A stretch of 64,000 nucleotides of DNA from a bacterium (GTDB lineage Bacteria; Patescibacteriota; Patescibacteriia; UBA10025). The notes under the pieces were generated by a model. It did not search any database. It had not been told where the DNA came from and saw nothing but the letters and a program-made list of their open reading frames with translations. Below, in pieces: positions 9,616 through 19,178 of the stretch. The stretch covers positions 467,710-531,709 of the forward strand of contig JAKAGM010000001.1 in NCBI GenBank assembly GCA_021815445.1, read 5' to 3'. A program made the translations under genes and the position numbers. Within the stretch, counting starts at the first letter, position 1; each line of letters starts with the position of its first letter.

Positions 9616-12081
9616 ATGAGTAAATTCATACTCATGGCGCAAAGACGCCTCAATAAGACCTGGTCAATGACCATAATCGGGGGGATAGTTTTGAGTGTGC
9701 TCATCGGGGGTGTGCTCATCGCAAAGGCCGACATCGGTACTATAACAATTAATGATCCTGTCTTAGTTTCCGGAACCACGTACAAAGTAACCGGCATGTG
9801 GAGCCCACAAGGTAACCAATGCTGGACAAGTGGGGGTGACGGCACTTTCCACTACAAAGTTTATGTTTTCGATGATAAAAACGGCAACGGAAATTACGAT
9901 AGCGGTGAGAAGATTTCTCAAGTTAATCCTGCCGCTTGTAATGAAGATTACACATCAAGCGTTTCAAGCTCAAATCGTGATTTAGGCGGTAATTGGCCCG
10001 CAATCGCATCTTCTAGCAATGGGGGTACTCCCCAACCAGATGCGGCTTTTACCTTGGGCAACGGTAGCCACACAATTTGCGCAGCACTGATACACGTTCA
10101 AGATAACGGCCATGATCGGGTAGATGGTGTGACCTGTGCCAGTAAGCCGATTGTCATAGCCTATTGCGGCGACGGGATCAAGAACAATGGCGAACAATGT
10201 GACGGCACCGACGGAGTTAGTCCACATCAAACCTGTAATGCTGATTGTCATCTTGTCGATGTCCCCTACTGCGGCGACGGCATCGTGAACCAGACGAGTG
10301 AACAGTGTGATCAGGGCCCTGATGGCGGTTCAACATGCACCACTAAGTGCACATGGAAGCCAGCCACTATTACACTTAATAAAGAGGTAAATAACCAGTT
10401 CGGCGGAGATGCTGCTCCAAGTGATTTTACTTTGAAGATTGACGGAGAAGCGGTATCCCAGGGAGTAGCTCATGAAGTTACCCTTGATACGCCTCATTCA
10501 ATTGATGAAGGAAGTCTCACTGACACTGGCTATGCGTTTGACTCGATTAAGGGCGGTGAACAGTGTCCCTCGGAGCTTGGCGGGACTGTAACTCTCTCTG
10601 CTGGAGAGAATATCACCTGCACGATCACAAACCACGACGTCCAGCCGAAACTGACAGTGGTTAAAGAGGTAGTCGGCGGCCCAAAGACTGTTGCTGACTT
10701 TCCGCTGTTTGTTGGAGATATCTCAGTCACGAGCGGCGTCCAGAACGGCTTTAATGCCGGATTTTATCACGTGACCGAAACGAATCAACCCGGGTATACC
10801 GCAGCATTCTCATGCAATGATGACGGGGAAGGAACGGTCAGCCTGAATCTGGGTGATGTCAAAACCTGCACTATCACCAACACATACACCCCGTTTTGCG
10901 GCGACAAGATTGTTGATAAAAGGGAGCAATGCGACGGAAACACCCAAGTTTGCACTACGGCAGACGGCTACAAGGGTACTCAAACCTGCAACATGCCACC
11001 GCCTCCAAATAGTGTAACAGCTGCAGTTGCTACGAATTACTGCACGTGGAATCCTTGTGTGACTACTGAGAAATGCGGTGATGGTATCAAAAACGGCCTT
11101 GAACAGTGCGACGGCACAGACGGAGTCGCTTCCAACCAGACCTGCACCGCGCAGTGCACGCTCAAGGACAATCCTACGCCACTTACGCCGAACCCTGTTA
11201 TCACGCTTGCAAAGATTGACTCTCCGGACCCTGTTGCCGCCGGAGCGAATATCACTTACACCTTGAATTGGACGGTGAGCAACGCGTCGGCGACCAACGT
11301 TGTCCTGACCGACGTGATTCCCGCGAACACGACTTTCGTGTCCGCTTCGACGCCCAGCGCATATGATTCCGGCACGAACAAGGTGACATGGAGCATGGGC
11401 ACGGTTGCCACAGGCAACTACGTGACCACGCTCGTCGTGAAAGTCGCCTCCCCTCTCGCCAACGGCACTAAGATTGATAACACGGCGACCATCGACAGCA
11501 CAGAGACCGACCCGGTGAATGCCGCAGCCCAGACGACGGTCTCGACAGCCCCGATACTGAGCGTCGAAAAGATCGTTGACGTGACGACAGCGAATCCCGG
11601 CCAGACAGTGAACTACACGGTGAAAGTGACCAACAGCGGCACTGACACGGCAAACAACGTCAAACTGACAGATGTGCTCCCGGCCGGCTTTACCGCCAAG
11701 GATGACGGCACAGGGACTGTCATTCACAGCTTCGGCAACATCGCCGCCGGCGAAACAGTGTCCACTTCATTCGCCGTAGTCATCGGCAGCACAGTGACAG
11801 CAGGGACCTATACGAACGTCGTGCAGGTCGTCGGCGACAATCACAGCCAGGTGGCCGCCCAGATAGCGCTCAATGTAGTTGTGCCGCAAGTGCTTGGCGA
11901 AAAGACTGAAGTGACACCCGCCCCGAAACCGAAAGTTTTGGGAGCAACAACGCTCCCGGTCACAGGATCGAACCTGTGGGTATGGGTCATCGCTTCGATG
12001 CTCGTCGCTTCTCTTGTCGGCGTCGGCGTCTACTTTAAGCCGAGAGAGCTTTCCGCAGAGGACAAGAACACTTCCAAATAA
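9616..12081 (+). CDS. LPXTG-anchored surface protein of 821 aa with Cys-rich CGDG...EQCDG repeats (Myxococcus-type cysteine-rich repeat-like) and DUF11 repeats; C-terminal LPVTG.
   Basis: N-terminal TM segment IIGGIVLSVLIGGVLIA. Repeats YCGDGIKNNGEQCDGTDG, YCGDGIVNQTSEQCDQGPDG, FCGDKIVDKREQCDGN, KCGDGIKNGLEQCDGTDG. DUF11-like block TYTLNWTVSNASATNVVLTDVIPANTTFVSAS. C-terminus LPVTGSN, hydrophobic stretch, KPRELSAEDKNTSK. Confidence 0.85.
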   Translation: MSKFILMAQRRLNKTWSMTIIGGIVLSVLIGGVLIAKADIGTITINDPVLVSGTTYKVTGMWSPQGNQCWTSGGDGTFHYKVYVFDDKNGNGNYDSGEKISQVNPAACNEDYTSSVSSSNRDLGGNWPAIASSSNGGTPQPDAAFTLGNGSHTICAALIHVQDNGHDRVDGVTCASKPIVIAYCGDGIKNNGEQCDGTDGVSPHQTCNADCHLVDVPYCGDGIVNQTSEQCDQGPDGGSTCTTKCTWKPATITLNKEVNNQFGGDAAPSDFTLKIDGEAVSQGVAHEVTLDTPHSIDEGSLTDTGYAFDSIKGGEQCPSELGGTVTLSAGENITCTITNHDVQPKLTVVKEVVGGPKTVADFPLFVGDISVTSGVQNGFNAGFYHVTETNQPGYTAAFSCNDDGEGTVSLNLGDVKTCTITNTYTPFCGDKIVDKREQCDGNTQVCTTADGYKGTQTCNMPPPPNSVTAAVATNYCTWNPCVTTEKCGDGIKNGLEQCDGTDGVASNQTCTAQCTLKDNPTPLTPNPVITLAKIDSPDPVAAGANITYTLNWTVSNASATNVVLTDVIPANTTFVSASTPSAYDSGTNKVTWSMGTVATGNYVTTLVVKVASPLANGTKIDNTATIDSTETDPVNAAAQTTVSTAPILSVEKIVDVTTANPGQTVNYTVKVTNSGTDTANNVKLTDVLPAGFTAKDDGTGTVIHSFGNIAAGETVSTSFAVVIGSTVTAGTYTNVVQVVGDNHSQVAAQIALNVVVPQVLGEKTEVTPAPKPKVLGATTLPVTGSNLWVWVIASMLVASLVGVGVYFKPRELSAEDKNTSK

Positions 12082-12093
12082 CATTGTCTAACG

Positions 12094-12161
12094 CCTTGGC
12101 CGGGTATCCCTACCCGGCCAAGGAAAAAATCCCGGCTCGCGTGTATGAGCCGGGTTTTTTG
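12094..12161 (+). terminator. Bidirectional rho-independent terminator pair. A 13-bp-stem hairpin is followed by A6, and a second hairpin CCCGGCTC-N8-GAGCCGGG is followed by T6.
   Basis: CCTTGGCCGGGTAtcccTACCCGGCCAAGG-AAAAAA-TCCCGGCTCgcgtgtatGAGCCGGG-TTTTTT, immediately after the stop at 12081. Confidence 0.8.
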
Positions 12162-12478
12162 GTTTCAGTCATTCTGCCCATTTCCTCCCCCTGCTAGTAA
12201 AATCTACCGCCCCGAACTTGATTCGGGGTCCCGCAATATTACATCGGGATGCTAAATTAATCTGCCACTCCGGGCTTGCCTGCCCGCCTCTGGAGGGACC
12301 CGGAGTCCCGATGTAGTGACTGGGATGCTGCCCGCCCCGCTTCGCGGAGCGAGGCCAGGGAGTCAAGCTCAGCATGGGAAGATTTATTAGTCCTCCCTCA
12401 CATCAGAACACGCTTCTTTGCAGATAATAGCCAGGCAAGGAACCGCTCGACAAAGCGTTTTAAATCCCCGAATCGGCC

Positions 12479-12507
12479 TTGACAAAATGGCTGGGATTTG
12501 ATATCCT
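12479..12507 (+). promoter_or_regulatory. Candidate promoter TTGACA-17-TATCCT upstream of the CAP-domain gene.
   Basis: TTGACA at 12479-12484 with TATCCT at 12502-12507. A second TGcTATACT sits 11 nt before the annotated ATG. Confidence 0.35.
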
Positions 12508-12543
12508 AAAACGTTACTACTTTCTGCTATACTACATATTGTT

Positions 12544-14064
12544 ATGGAAGAAAGTCGCCAGCCGCACAAAAGAATACTCCACGGTATTAAGCATGTGCAT
12601 CACCACGTGAAGCGCCATGCGTGGAGGTTATTTATCCCCCACCAGGGCAATAACCACCAGCCGCATGCCCTGCGGCCCAGAGCGCTTAGGGTCTATTCTA
12701 TAGGCCTGATTTTGGTGAAGGTTTTCGTCAGCGGCTTCCTGTTTCTCGTATATCCGTCCTCCGGAGAGTTTGCCTCGATTACCGCTTCGCAGATCCTGAG
12801 CCTGACCAACGCTTCCCGGGCTGAGAACGGCATTGCGTCGCTTTCACTGAATAGCACACTCAACCGTGCCGCCAGCCTCAAGGCGCAGGATATGATAGCG
12901 AATAATTACTTTGCGCACACGAGCCCCCAGGGGGTGAAACCGTGGGATTTCCTGAAACGGGCGGGCTACAGCTATAGCGCCGCGGGCGAGAATCTCGCCA
13001 TGGATTTCACGGAGGCTGAGACTGTCCACACGGCTTTCATGAACAGCCCGTCCCACAGAGAAAACATCCTCAATGGGAAATATACCGAAATGGGCATCGC
13101 AGTAGTTTCAGGAAAAATAGACGGACGCGAGACAACGTTGCTCGTTGAGTTTTTTGGCAAACCCTACCAACAGGCTGCCGCTGTTGCGCAACAGGCAAAA
13201 CCGACGCCAACTCCGACCCCGACTCCAGCTACCCAACCAAAGCCCGCTCCCGCCCCGAAGCCGGCAGCACAGCCGGTGACGTATACGGCGAAGCTTGCGA
13301 GCCAGAGTGCCGCCTCGCTGGCGATAAAAACCAACGAAATAATCCCGGTATGGGTGGAATTTACGAACACGGGAACAGCGACGTGGACGAATTCGGGCGA
13401 GCATTTTATCGCGTTGAACGTCGCAAACCCGCCAGGCAGGGAGAGCGTTTTCAGGAATGACGCATGGAAAGCGCCGTACCGCCCCGGCATCATGGACCAA
13501 ACCCAAGTGAGGCCCGGGCAGAATGCGAGATTCTCTTTCACGCTCCAGGCTCCCGCCCAAGCCGGCACGTATGAAGAAGATTTCGGGCTCGTAGCCGAGA
13601 ACCTCACATGGATCGCGGGAGGGTCCGTCAACATTCCAATCACCGTCGTTGAGGAGCAGAAGCAGGAAACGCCGACCACCGTCGAGGTTGTCGGGCAGGC
13701 TACCCCGCCGCCGCCCGTGGAACAGACCCCGCCTCCTGCAAACACCGCCCAACAGCCGACAAATCTAGCTGTCCCGCCTGCTAATATTGCCGTCGAACAG
13801 CCTAGCCCGGCTCCCGAAACGCAAGTGCTCGGAGAGCAAAGCGGTGATTTCGTCGGATTACTCGTAGAAATTTCAAACAAATTCTTCGTTGTCTTTCTTA
13901 TTTTCATTATCATCGCTCTCCTGCTCAACATCCTGATCAGGATTCGCATTCAACATCCGCATCTGATTTTCCAGACTTCCCTGGTTATCATTCTCGCTGC
14001 CAGCGCCGTATTGTATAAGCCGCACTTCCTTGAGAGCGTGACGCGGGTGCTTACGATCACGTAA
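12544..14064 (+). CDS. Membrane-anchored CAP/SCP (PR-1/YkwD-like) domain protein with a Pro/Thr-rich linker, a second extracellular domain and a C-terminal TM.
   Basis: CAP-superfamily motifs (NYFAHTSPQG...GENLA...HTAFMNSPSHRENIL...YTEMGIAV). Linker PTPTPTPTPATQPKPAPAPKPAAQP. Hydrophobic N- and C-terminal segments. The start codon is uncertain. Confidence 0.65.
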   Translation: MEESRQPHKRILHGIKHVHHHVKRHAWRLFIPHQGNNHQPHALRPRALRVYSIGLILVKVFVSGFLFLVYPSSGEFASITASQILSLTNASRAENGIASLSLNSTLNRAASLKAQDMIANNYFAHTSPQGVKPWDFLKRAGYSYSAAGENLAMDFTEAETVHTAFMNSPSHRENILNGKYTEMGIAVVSGKIDGRETTLLVEFFGKPYQQAAAVAQQAKPTPTPTPTPATQPKPAPAPKPAAQPVTYTAKLASQSAASLAIKTNEIIPVWVEFTNTGTATWTNSGEHFIALNVANPPGRESVFRNDAWKAPYRPGIMDQTQVRPGQNARFSFTLQAPAQAGTYEEDFGLVAENLTWIAGGSVNIPITVVEEQKQETPTTVEVVGQATPPPPVEQTPPPANTAQQPTNLAVPPANIAVEQPSPAPETQVLGEQSGDFVGLLVEISNKFFVVFLIFIIIALLLNILIRIRIQHPHLIFQTSLVIILAASAVLYKPHFLESVTRVLTIT

Positions 14065-14265
14065 AAATCCCTACTTTGGCGGTGAGCAGGTTTCAAAGCT
14101 TGCGCCATCAAGCGTAACTTATCCACAGGGATGTCTGCTGTGCTGTGTAATAAGCGCATTTTTGTGCGTGGAGTAATTTCTTGACTCCTTGACCCCGCTA
14201 TCCCTTCTGCCGTAAGATGAAGTAACGTCTTTTTTTAATGAAATAAGGTGTATATACCCTCTTAA

Positions 14266-15309
14266 ATGTCTATGAAACTTTTTTCCGCTCGAACACCAGG
14301 AATTGTGATAGCCGCTGTCGGCGTAATCCTGCTTTCTAGCGCCCTCCTGGTTGCTCATCCGGCATACGGCTTTGAAGCGCCTGTCATTACCTCCGTACCC
14401 CCGGCAAATGCCGTGACAACTGATGGTACGTACGTTTACCAGGCACAAGTCCAAACGGCCGGCCCGCAGACAGACCTGTCATACTCGTTGGCGCATCAAC
14501 CCGAGGGAATGACTGTCGACGCGCAGGGAAAAATCACCTGGCAACCTCGCACCCCCGGCGACTACCGCATCGTCCTCGATGTCGCCGACTCTCTCGGCAA
14601 CGCGTCCCAGCCGTTCAGGGTCACTGTCGTACTGGGAGCGCCGGTTAAAATTGCCATTGAACCTAACAACCAGCCGACACCCGTCAAAACGGGCGCCACG
14701 GTCCAATTCATCGCAAAGGCATTTGATGCAAAAGGAAATTCGGCCTCTGTGGATAAAGCCGTGTGGTCAACTGACGGAAGTATAGGTTCCATCTCACCCG
14801 ACGGCCTGTTTTCGGCGCAAAAGAAAGGCGCCGGTCATGTGACGGCCAGAGTGGGGACTATTACATCAACAATAGCTGTCTCGGTAACCGGTTCACAGGT
14901 AAAGTCTCCCGCCCCACAAGGAAAGGTTCTCGGGACATCTACAGAACCGGGCGACCAGAATACAAACGCGAACTCCGAGCCTCAAACGGGTGATACGCTT
15001 CAAGCGGCCCCGCAATCACAAGCGCAGGCTAATCCGCAAGCTTCCTGCACGAATTGGCGACAGTGGATTATTATTGCGATGCTCATTGTATACGCGCTTG
15101 CGTTGATCCTCTACTACAAGTATATGGCGAAGCGTTCAAACTCATTGTGGTGGCTTTTCCCGACATTATTGACGGTAATCGGGCTTATCATCTACTCGCG
15201 CTATATGTGCGTGGGGACGTACGTCTGGTGGCCCTGGGTGCTGCTTCTGCTCGGTATCGTCATTACGTTCATCTCCAGTCCGCATCGCGCGCCGGCAAAC
15301 CCGGCGTGA
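14266..15309 (+). CDS. Secreted/membrane protein with a bacterial Ig-like (Big_2-type) domain and C-terminal TM helices.
   Basis: Signal-peptide-like N-terminus. Big_2-like segment AVWSTDGSIGSISPDGLFSAQKKGAGHVTARVGTITSTIAVSVTG. Two C-terminal hydrophobic helices. Confidence 0.65.
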   Translation: MSMKLFSARTPGIVIAAVGVILLSSALLVAHPAYGFEAPVITSVPPANAVTTDGTYVYQAQVQTAGPQTDLSYSLAHQPEGMTVDAQGKITWQPRTPGDYRIVLDVADSLGNASQPFRVTVVLGAPVKIAIEPNNQPTPVKTGATVQFIAKAFDAKGNSASVDKAVWSTDGSIGSISPDGLFSAQKKGAGHVTARVGTITSTIAVSVTGSQVKSPAPQGKVLGTSTEPGDQNTNANSEPQTGDTLQAAPQSQAQANPQASCTNWRQWIIIAMLIVYALALILYYKYMAKRSNSLWWLFPTLLTVIGLIIYSRYMCVGTYVWWPWVLLLLGIVITFISSPHRAPANPA

Positions 15310-15509
15310 AGGGAGCCATAACAATTACTTACACGACAGTGGACTCGCATCAGGGTTCACTGTTTTGGATATACTGCCATGGCATCTGTACAAGTCCGTC
15401 AGAACAGGGTATACTGGGCGGGCGACATCGTGCAAATGTATTCGTTTGTGGCCGAGTAGCCGCCCATGCATGTGCCGGTGGCTAACAGAGTAATTTGGCA
15501 AAATAACCC

Positions 15510-15950
15510 ATGACATTCTCATCACTCGAAATACTCATCGTGCCTCTCGTAGCCGGTTTTCTCGCCCAGGCCATTAAGCTGTTGACGGACGGCATCAAGG
15601 GCAACTTTGACTTTAAACACCTGTGGGCGAGCTACGGCGGGATGCCCTCATCTCATGCCGCTTTTGTCGTCGCGCTGGTAACTGAGGTTTGGTTCAGAGA
15701 AGGCATCGGTTCGTCTTCCTTTGCGATTGCGACAATCTTTGCCCTGCTTGTCATGCGTGACGCGCTCGGACTCCGCATGCACTTAGGGCACCAGGGAAAA
15801 GCTATTAATGAACTCATAACAAAATACTATCCTGAAGCCAAGGATGCCATCCCGCCGCTTGAGGAAAGATTAGGCCACACTCCCGCGCAAATCGCTGTCG
15901 GCGCCCTCCTCGGACTCTGTGTTGCATTCACGATTCATTACATCCTCTAG
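15510..15950 (+). CDS. Divergent PAP2 family membrane protein (DUF212/YuiD-like).
   Basis: Motif GGMPSSHAAFVVAL and the overall 146-aa multi-TM layout are characteristic of the PF02681 family. Confidence 0.65.
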   Translation: MTFSSLEILIVPLVAGFLAQAIKLLTDGIKGNFDFKHLWASYGGMPSSHAAFVVALVTEVWFREGIGSSSFAIATIFALLVMRDALGLRMHLGHQGKAINELITKYYPEAKDAIPPLEERLGHTPAQIAVGALLGLCVAFTIHYIL

Positions 15951-15973
15951 GCCTCCATACCTTTTCAACATTT

Positions 15974-16006
15974 AAAACGTCTTGGATTTTTCCGGGACGT
16001 TTTTGT
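15974..16006. terminator. Bidirectional terminator hairpin between convergent genes (AAACGTC...GACGTTT followed by a T-run).
   Basis: AAAACGTCttggatttttccggGACGTTTTTGTTT lies between the + gene ending at 15950 and the - gene ending at 16012. Confidence 0.55.
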
Positions 16007-16011
16007 TTCTA

Positions 16012-16464
16012 TCAGAGCTGCAGTTCCTTGCGCAGTATATTGCGGTAGATGTCCCTGCGGCTGACGAGACCGATAATGCGATTGTCCGGATCTACGACGA
16101 TAGCGCGGTGAATTCTTTTGACGAGAAGCAATGATCCGACACGCATGATGGACATGTCAGGATCGACAGTCACGACCTTTTTGGTCATGATTTTTTCGAC
16201 GGTAATATCGGCGTGCTGGGAAGCGGCTCGTTCGAGCTTATTGAAGTCAGTCCACAACTCAGGATTATTGTTAAACTCCTCATGTGTGGGAAAAAGGGCT
16301 CGAAAAATGTCCTTCTCGGAGATGATGCCCACGAGTTTCCCCGCATCGTCCACTACAGGGGCTCCGGAAATAACCTTGCTGGTAAGCAGCTGGGCGGCCG
16401 TCCGTAAAGTATCGCTCTGTTTGAGCGAAAAAACGTTCTCTGCCATGACATCGCGTACGTTCAT
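16012..16464 (-). CDS. CBS domain pair protein.
   Basis: Two CBS motifs (VISGAPVVDDAGKLVGIISEKDIFRA; RAIVVDPDNRIIGLVSRRDI). Confidence 0.8.
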   Translation of the reverse strand: MNVRDVMAENVFSLKQSDTLRTAAQLLTSKVISGAPVVDDAGKLVGIISEKDIFRALFPTHEEFNNNPELWTDFNKLERAASQHADITVEKIMTKKVVTVDPDMSIMRVGSLLLVKRIHRAIVVDPDNRIIGLVSRRDIYRNILRKELQL

Positions 16465-16467
16465 AAG

Positions 16468-17553
16468 CTAACTTCGAAATTTTTCTTGTAAAGTCATTTT
16501 TGGTACCAGGATTTTCTCGACCTTTGTCTTCACCTTTTTCTTGGGCGCCACAAAAGCAATAATGATAAAGAGTAAGCCGACGCCGATGATGATGATTCCT
16601 TTTGTCCGGAGCGAAGAAAAGAAATACGAAAGAAAATCTTTTGCAAGCGCATCAACGAGCGTCTGGATGGATCCTGTCATATTCGAATTCGCAAGGGCGT
16701 TCGAAAGCATCGCTGTAGCGCGCGGTATAACGATAAAGGGTGCTCCGACCAGTATAGCACCGACAAGGAAAAGCGGGAATCCGACCCAGCCAAAAAATGA
16801 CTTTGCGCTCGTCATTGTAAGCGCACCAATGAGGAGAAGTATCATGAGAAGGACGACGAACAGAGTTTTAAGCGCTTCGATACCCTGCGAGATCCGATCG
16901 CGAGCTCTGTTCATCTGCGAAAAAGTGCGGTCAGCGCTGGAGATTCCCTGATGATCATTCTGGGATGAGATCAGCTCCTGGAGGGTCAAAGCATCGGGTA
17001 TCTGATCAATGAACGTGGCTATATGCATATCTTTCAATGCGTTATCGACAGAAACGCCCGGAGGTAGGCACACATCCCGGGTCACAAGCAACGACTGGTC
17101 TCCGGACGCCAGCTCCGCCGGTGTGCAGACAGGCAGGGCATTGAGGCGGGATTGCACTTCGGTCGTAAGAATACCCGTTGTTCTTTCCTTGATATCGCCT
17201 AAAGGTATGACGATATTGACGGTGCGAATATCCTGTTTTGAGCCGAGCCAGGCAAAGAACGTGTCAATAGTCGATTCGGTTTGTGTCTGGAGCCACGCCG
17301 AAGTGATGATGCTTTTTACTATTCTGACCATATCATCACTCGAGAAAAAAGGTATATCATTAACAAGCGAGGTATTCTTTTTCAGCTCATCAAGTGCGAT
17401 GGTAATCGACTCATCGTAGACCTTGTGGTCTCTCAACTTTTGCTTAAGAATATCAGGATTGAGAAGAGTTGACTTAACGCTCTGCAGCGCGAGTGCGGCA
17501 GGAGTCACTATGACAAAGACGAGGATTAAAATAATGGCCAGAAATCTTCTCAT
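16468..17553 (-). CDS. Hypothetical membrane protein with an N-terminal TM, a large extracytoplasmic domain and C-terminal TMs.
   Basis: ORF with hydrophobic segments at both ends. Only 3 nt separate it from the downstream CBS gene, suggesting an operon. Confidence 0.55.
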   Translation of the reverse strand: MRRFLAIILILVFVIVTPAALALQSVKSTLLNPDILKQKLRDHKVYDESITIALDELKKNTSLVNDIPFFSSDDMVRIVKSIITSAWLQTQTESTIDTFFAWLGSKQDIRTVNIVIPLGDIKERTTGILTTEVQSRLNALPVCTPAELASGDQSLLVTRDVCLPPGVSVDNALKDMHIATFIDQIPDALTLQELISSQNDHQGISSADRTFSQMNRARDRISQGIEALKTLFVVLLMILLLIGALTMTSAKSFFGWVGFPLFLVGAILVGAPFIVIPRATAMLSNALANSNMTGSIQTLVDALAKDFLSYFFSSLRTKGIIIIGVGLLFIIIAFVAPKKKVKTKVEKILVPKMTLQEKFRS

Positions 17554-17575
17554 AAAATCACGTGCTCAGGAATAA

Positions 17576-17791
17576 TCAAAAGGGCTTAATAGGCAGCCCG
17601 GGATCCCGGGGATTATCGCCATGCGCGCGCGGATGCGCATGCCAAGGCCGCTTAGTATGCGTGTTCATAAAGTAGATGATTCCCCATAGTCCTACGCCGA
17701 TGAGCAGAGGAAAGCCGATGCTATGGGCATCGGTAAAAAATGAAATGATGTTTTGTACCAACTGCATAGAGACCCTTGGAATATTAGTCAA
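17576..17791 (-). CDS. Small hypothetical membrane protein (71 aa).
   Basis: Hydrophobic segment FPLLIGVGLWGIIYF. Overlaps the upstream gene by 8 nt, suggesting translational coupling. Confidence 0.4.
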   Translation of the reverse strand: MTNIPRVSMQLVQNIISFFTDAHSIGFPLLIGVGLWGIIYFMNTHTKRPWHAHPRAHGDNPRDPGLPIKPF

Positions 17792-18356
17792 TTATGAACG
17801 GAAGTTCCTTGAGAACCTGCCCGTTGACGACCATTGACACAGTATATGACCCCTTTTTCCCAGGGCTTGATAATCCGATTTCGCCGTCGACTATTTCGAT
17901 TCCCTGCTGATCCTTCAGTAAAGCAGAACCTTTGTATATTTGAACCCCGAGTCTATCTTTCGTCTGCAGTCCTTTTTTTACCTGGACAACCAAAACGATA
18001 TTATCGTTCACCTGAAATTTCTCCTGCACGGGAGAACGCGGCTTGCCGGTGAATTTGGCCATATACGCCGAATGAAAGTAATCGGAAAATGAAGGTGCAG
18101 CTTGGGAGACTTGGTTTGTCGAGCCGGCAGGAAGTTCGCCGTCATTTGTTTGTGGTGCGACAACCGTATTCGCATCGGGGAGATTGCTGTCGGCTGTGAC
18201 AGCTTGATTGGCAGCGGGCTGATTCTTTTCTACGCTCGTCCCTTCCACTCTGCCGCGGATGATTGAACTATCCGTTGTACGAACGGCAAAAAACCAAGCG
18301 CCAAGAGCGCCTACTATGAGCAGCGATCCTCCAATCCAAATAGGTTTTCGTACCAT
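17784..18356 (-). CDS. Membrane-anchored hypothetical protein. The start was moved to the internal Met (MVRKPIWIGG...) to avoid a 100-nt overlap with fpg.
   Basis: The ORF track gives 17784..18467. The internal ATG at 18356 gives an N-terminal TM (IWIGGSLLIVGALGAWFFA) and a 10-nt gap to the upstream gene. Confidence 0.5.
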   Translation of the reverse strand: MVRKPIWIGGSLLIVGALGAWFFAVRTTDSSIIRGRVEGTSVEKNQPAANQAVTADSNLPDANTVVAPQTNDGELPAGSTNQVSQAAPSFSDYFHSAYMAKFTGKPRSPVQEKFQVNDNIVLVVQVKKGLQTKDRLGVQIYKGSALLKDQQGIEIVDGEIGLSSPGKKGSYTVSMVVNGQVLKELPFIID

Positions 18357-18366
18357 AGAGATCAGG

Positions 18367-19170
18367 TTATGTTTGGCATGTTGTGCAAAAATACGTGCCC
18401 CTGCCACCGAGCAATTGGAATTGTACAGGACTCTGGCACCGCGGGCAAGCTGCGTTTTTACGGCCATGGATGGCTAAAAAATCCCGAATCTCACCCGTAA
18501 AACCGCCTTGGATTCCGCGACGAATTTCGTTCATCGCCCGCTTAAGAATTTGCTGGATAGCTGCATGCAACTTTTGTATTTCACCTGCCGTAAGGCTAGA
18601 AGGGATTCGGAGAGGGAGTATGCCCGCTTCCCAAAGAATCTCATCCGAGAATGCGTTCCCTATTCCCCCGATATACCGCTGGTTCATCAGCAAAGTTTTG
18701 ATGTTCGCGCGTTTTTGGCGGGAAACCAGCTCGTGAAGTTTTTGAACGGTAAAATCAGGCCAAAGAGGATCTATGCCTGATGACGCCCACGGAGGAGCCT
18801 TTGGAGAGTCGACTAAGGCAACCTTCATCCACTGCGTCCTATCGCACACGGCGAGCGCGCGCTTGTCTTGGAAATGAATCGTGACGCACGCATACCTCGG
18901 TGTCTCCCCGCCTGCGGCCACCGGATAGATCTCCCCGTGGAGCATCAAATGGATCCAGAGGAAGGAGCCGTTGCTGAAAGAAAAAACCAGCTGTTTTCCC
19001 CTCCGTTGTACGGAAAGTAGTGTATTGCCCCTGAGTGCCTTTTGGAACGCTTCGGCTGATGCTGCCCCCAGCGGTTTGGGAGCGGACACATATACGGATA
19101 GAATTGTTGCGTTTTTATATGACGCGGTGAGATTTTCTGCAAATACGGTAAGATCGGGCAACTCTGGCAT
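18367..19170 (-). CDS. fpg: Formamidopyrimidine-DNA glycosylase / Nei family DNA glycosylase-AP lyase.
   Basis: N-terminal MPELPD (catalytic Pro2/Glu3), H2TH region, and C-terminal zinc finger CPRCQSPV...YFCTTCQ. Confidence 0.8.
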   Translation of the reverse strand: MPELPDLTVFAENLTASYKNATILSVYVSAPKPLGAASAEAFQKALRGNTLLSVQRRGKQLVFSFSNGSFLWIHLMLHGEIYPVAAGGETPRYACVTIHFQDKRALAVCDRTQWMKVALVDSPKAPPWASSGIDPLWPDFTVQKLHELVSRQKRANIKTLLMNQRYIGGIGNAFSDEILWEAGILPLRIPSSLTAGEIQKLHAAIQQILKRAMNEIRRGIQGGFTGEIRDFLAIHGRKNAACPRCQSPVQFQLLGGRGTYFCTTCQT

Positions 19171-19178
19171 AAAGTGTT

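Noticed and set aside
10810-11727. 305-aa minus-strand ORF (and the 13164-13949 minus ORF) inside the + strand surface protein genes
   Set aside because: Antisense shadow ORFs with Arg/Gly/Cys-rich nonsense composition. The sense-strand genes have recognisable domains.
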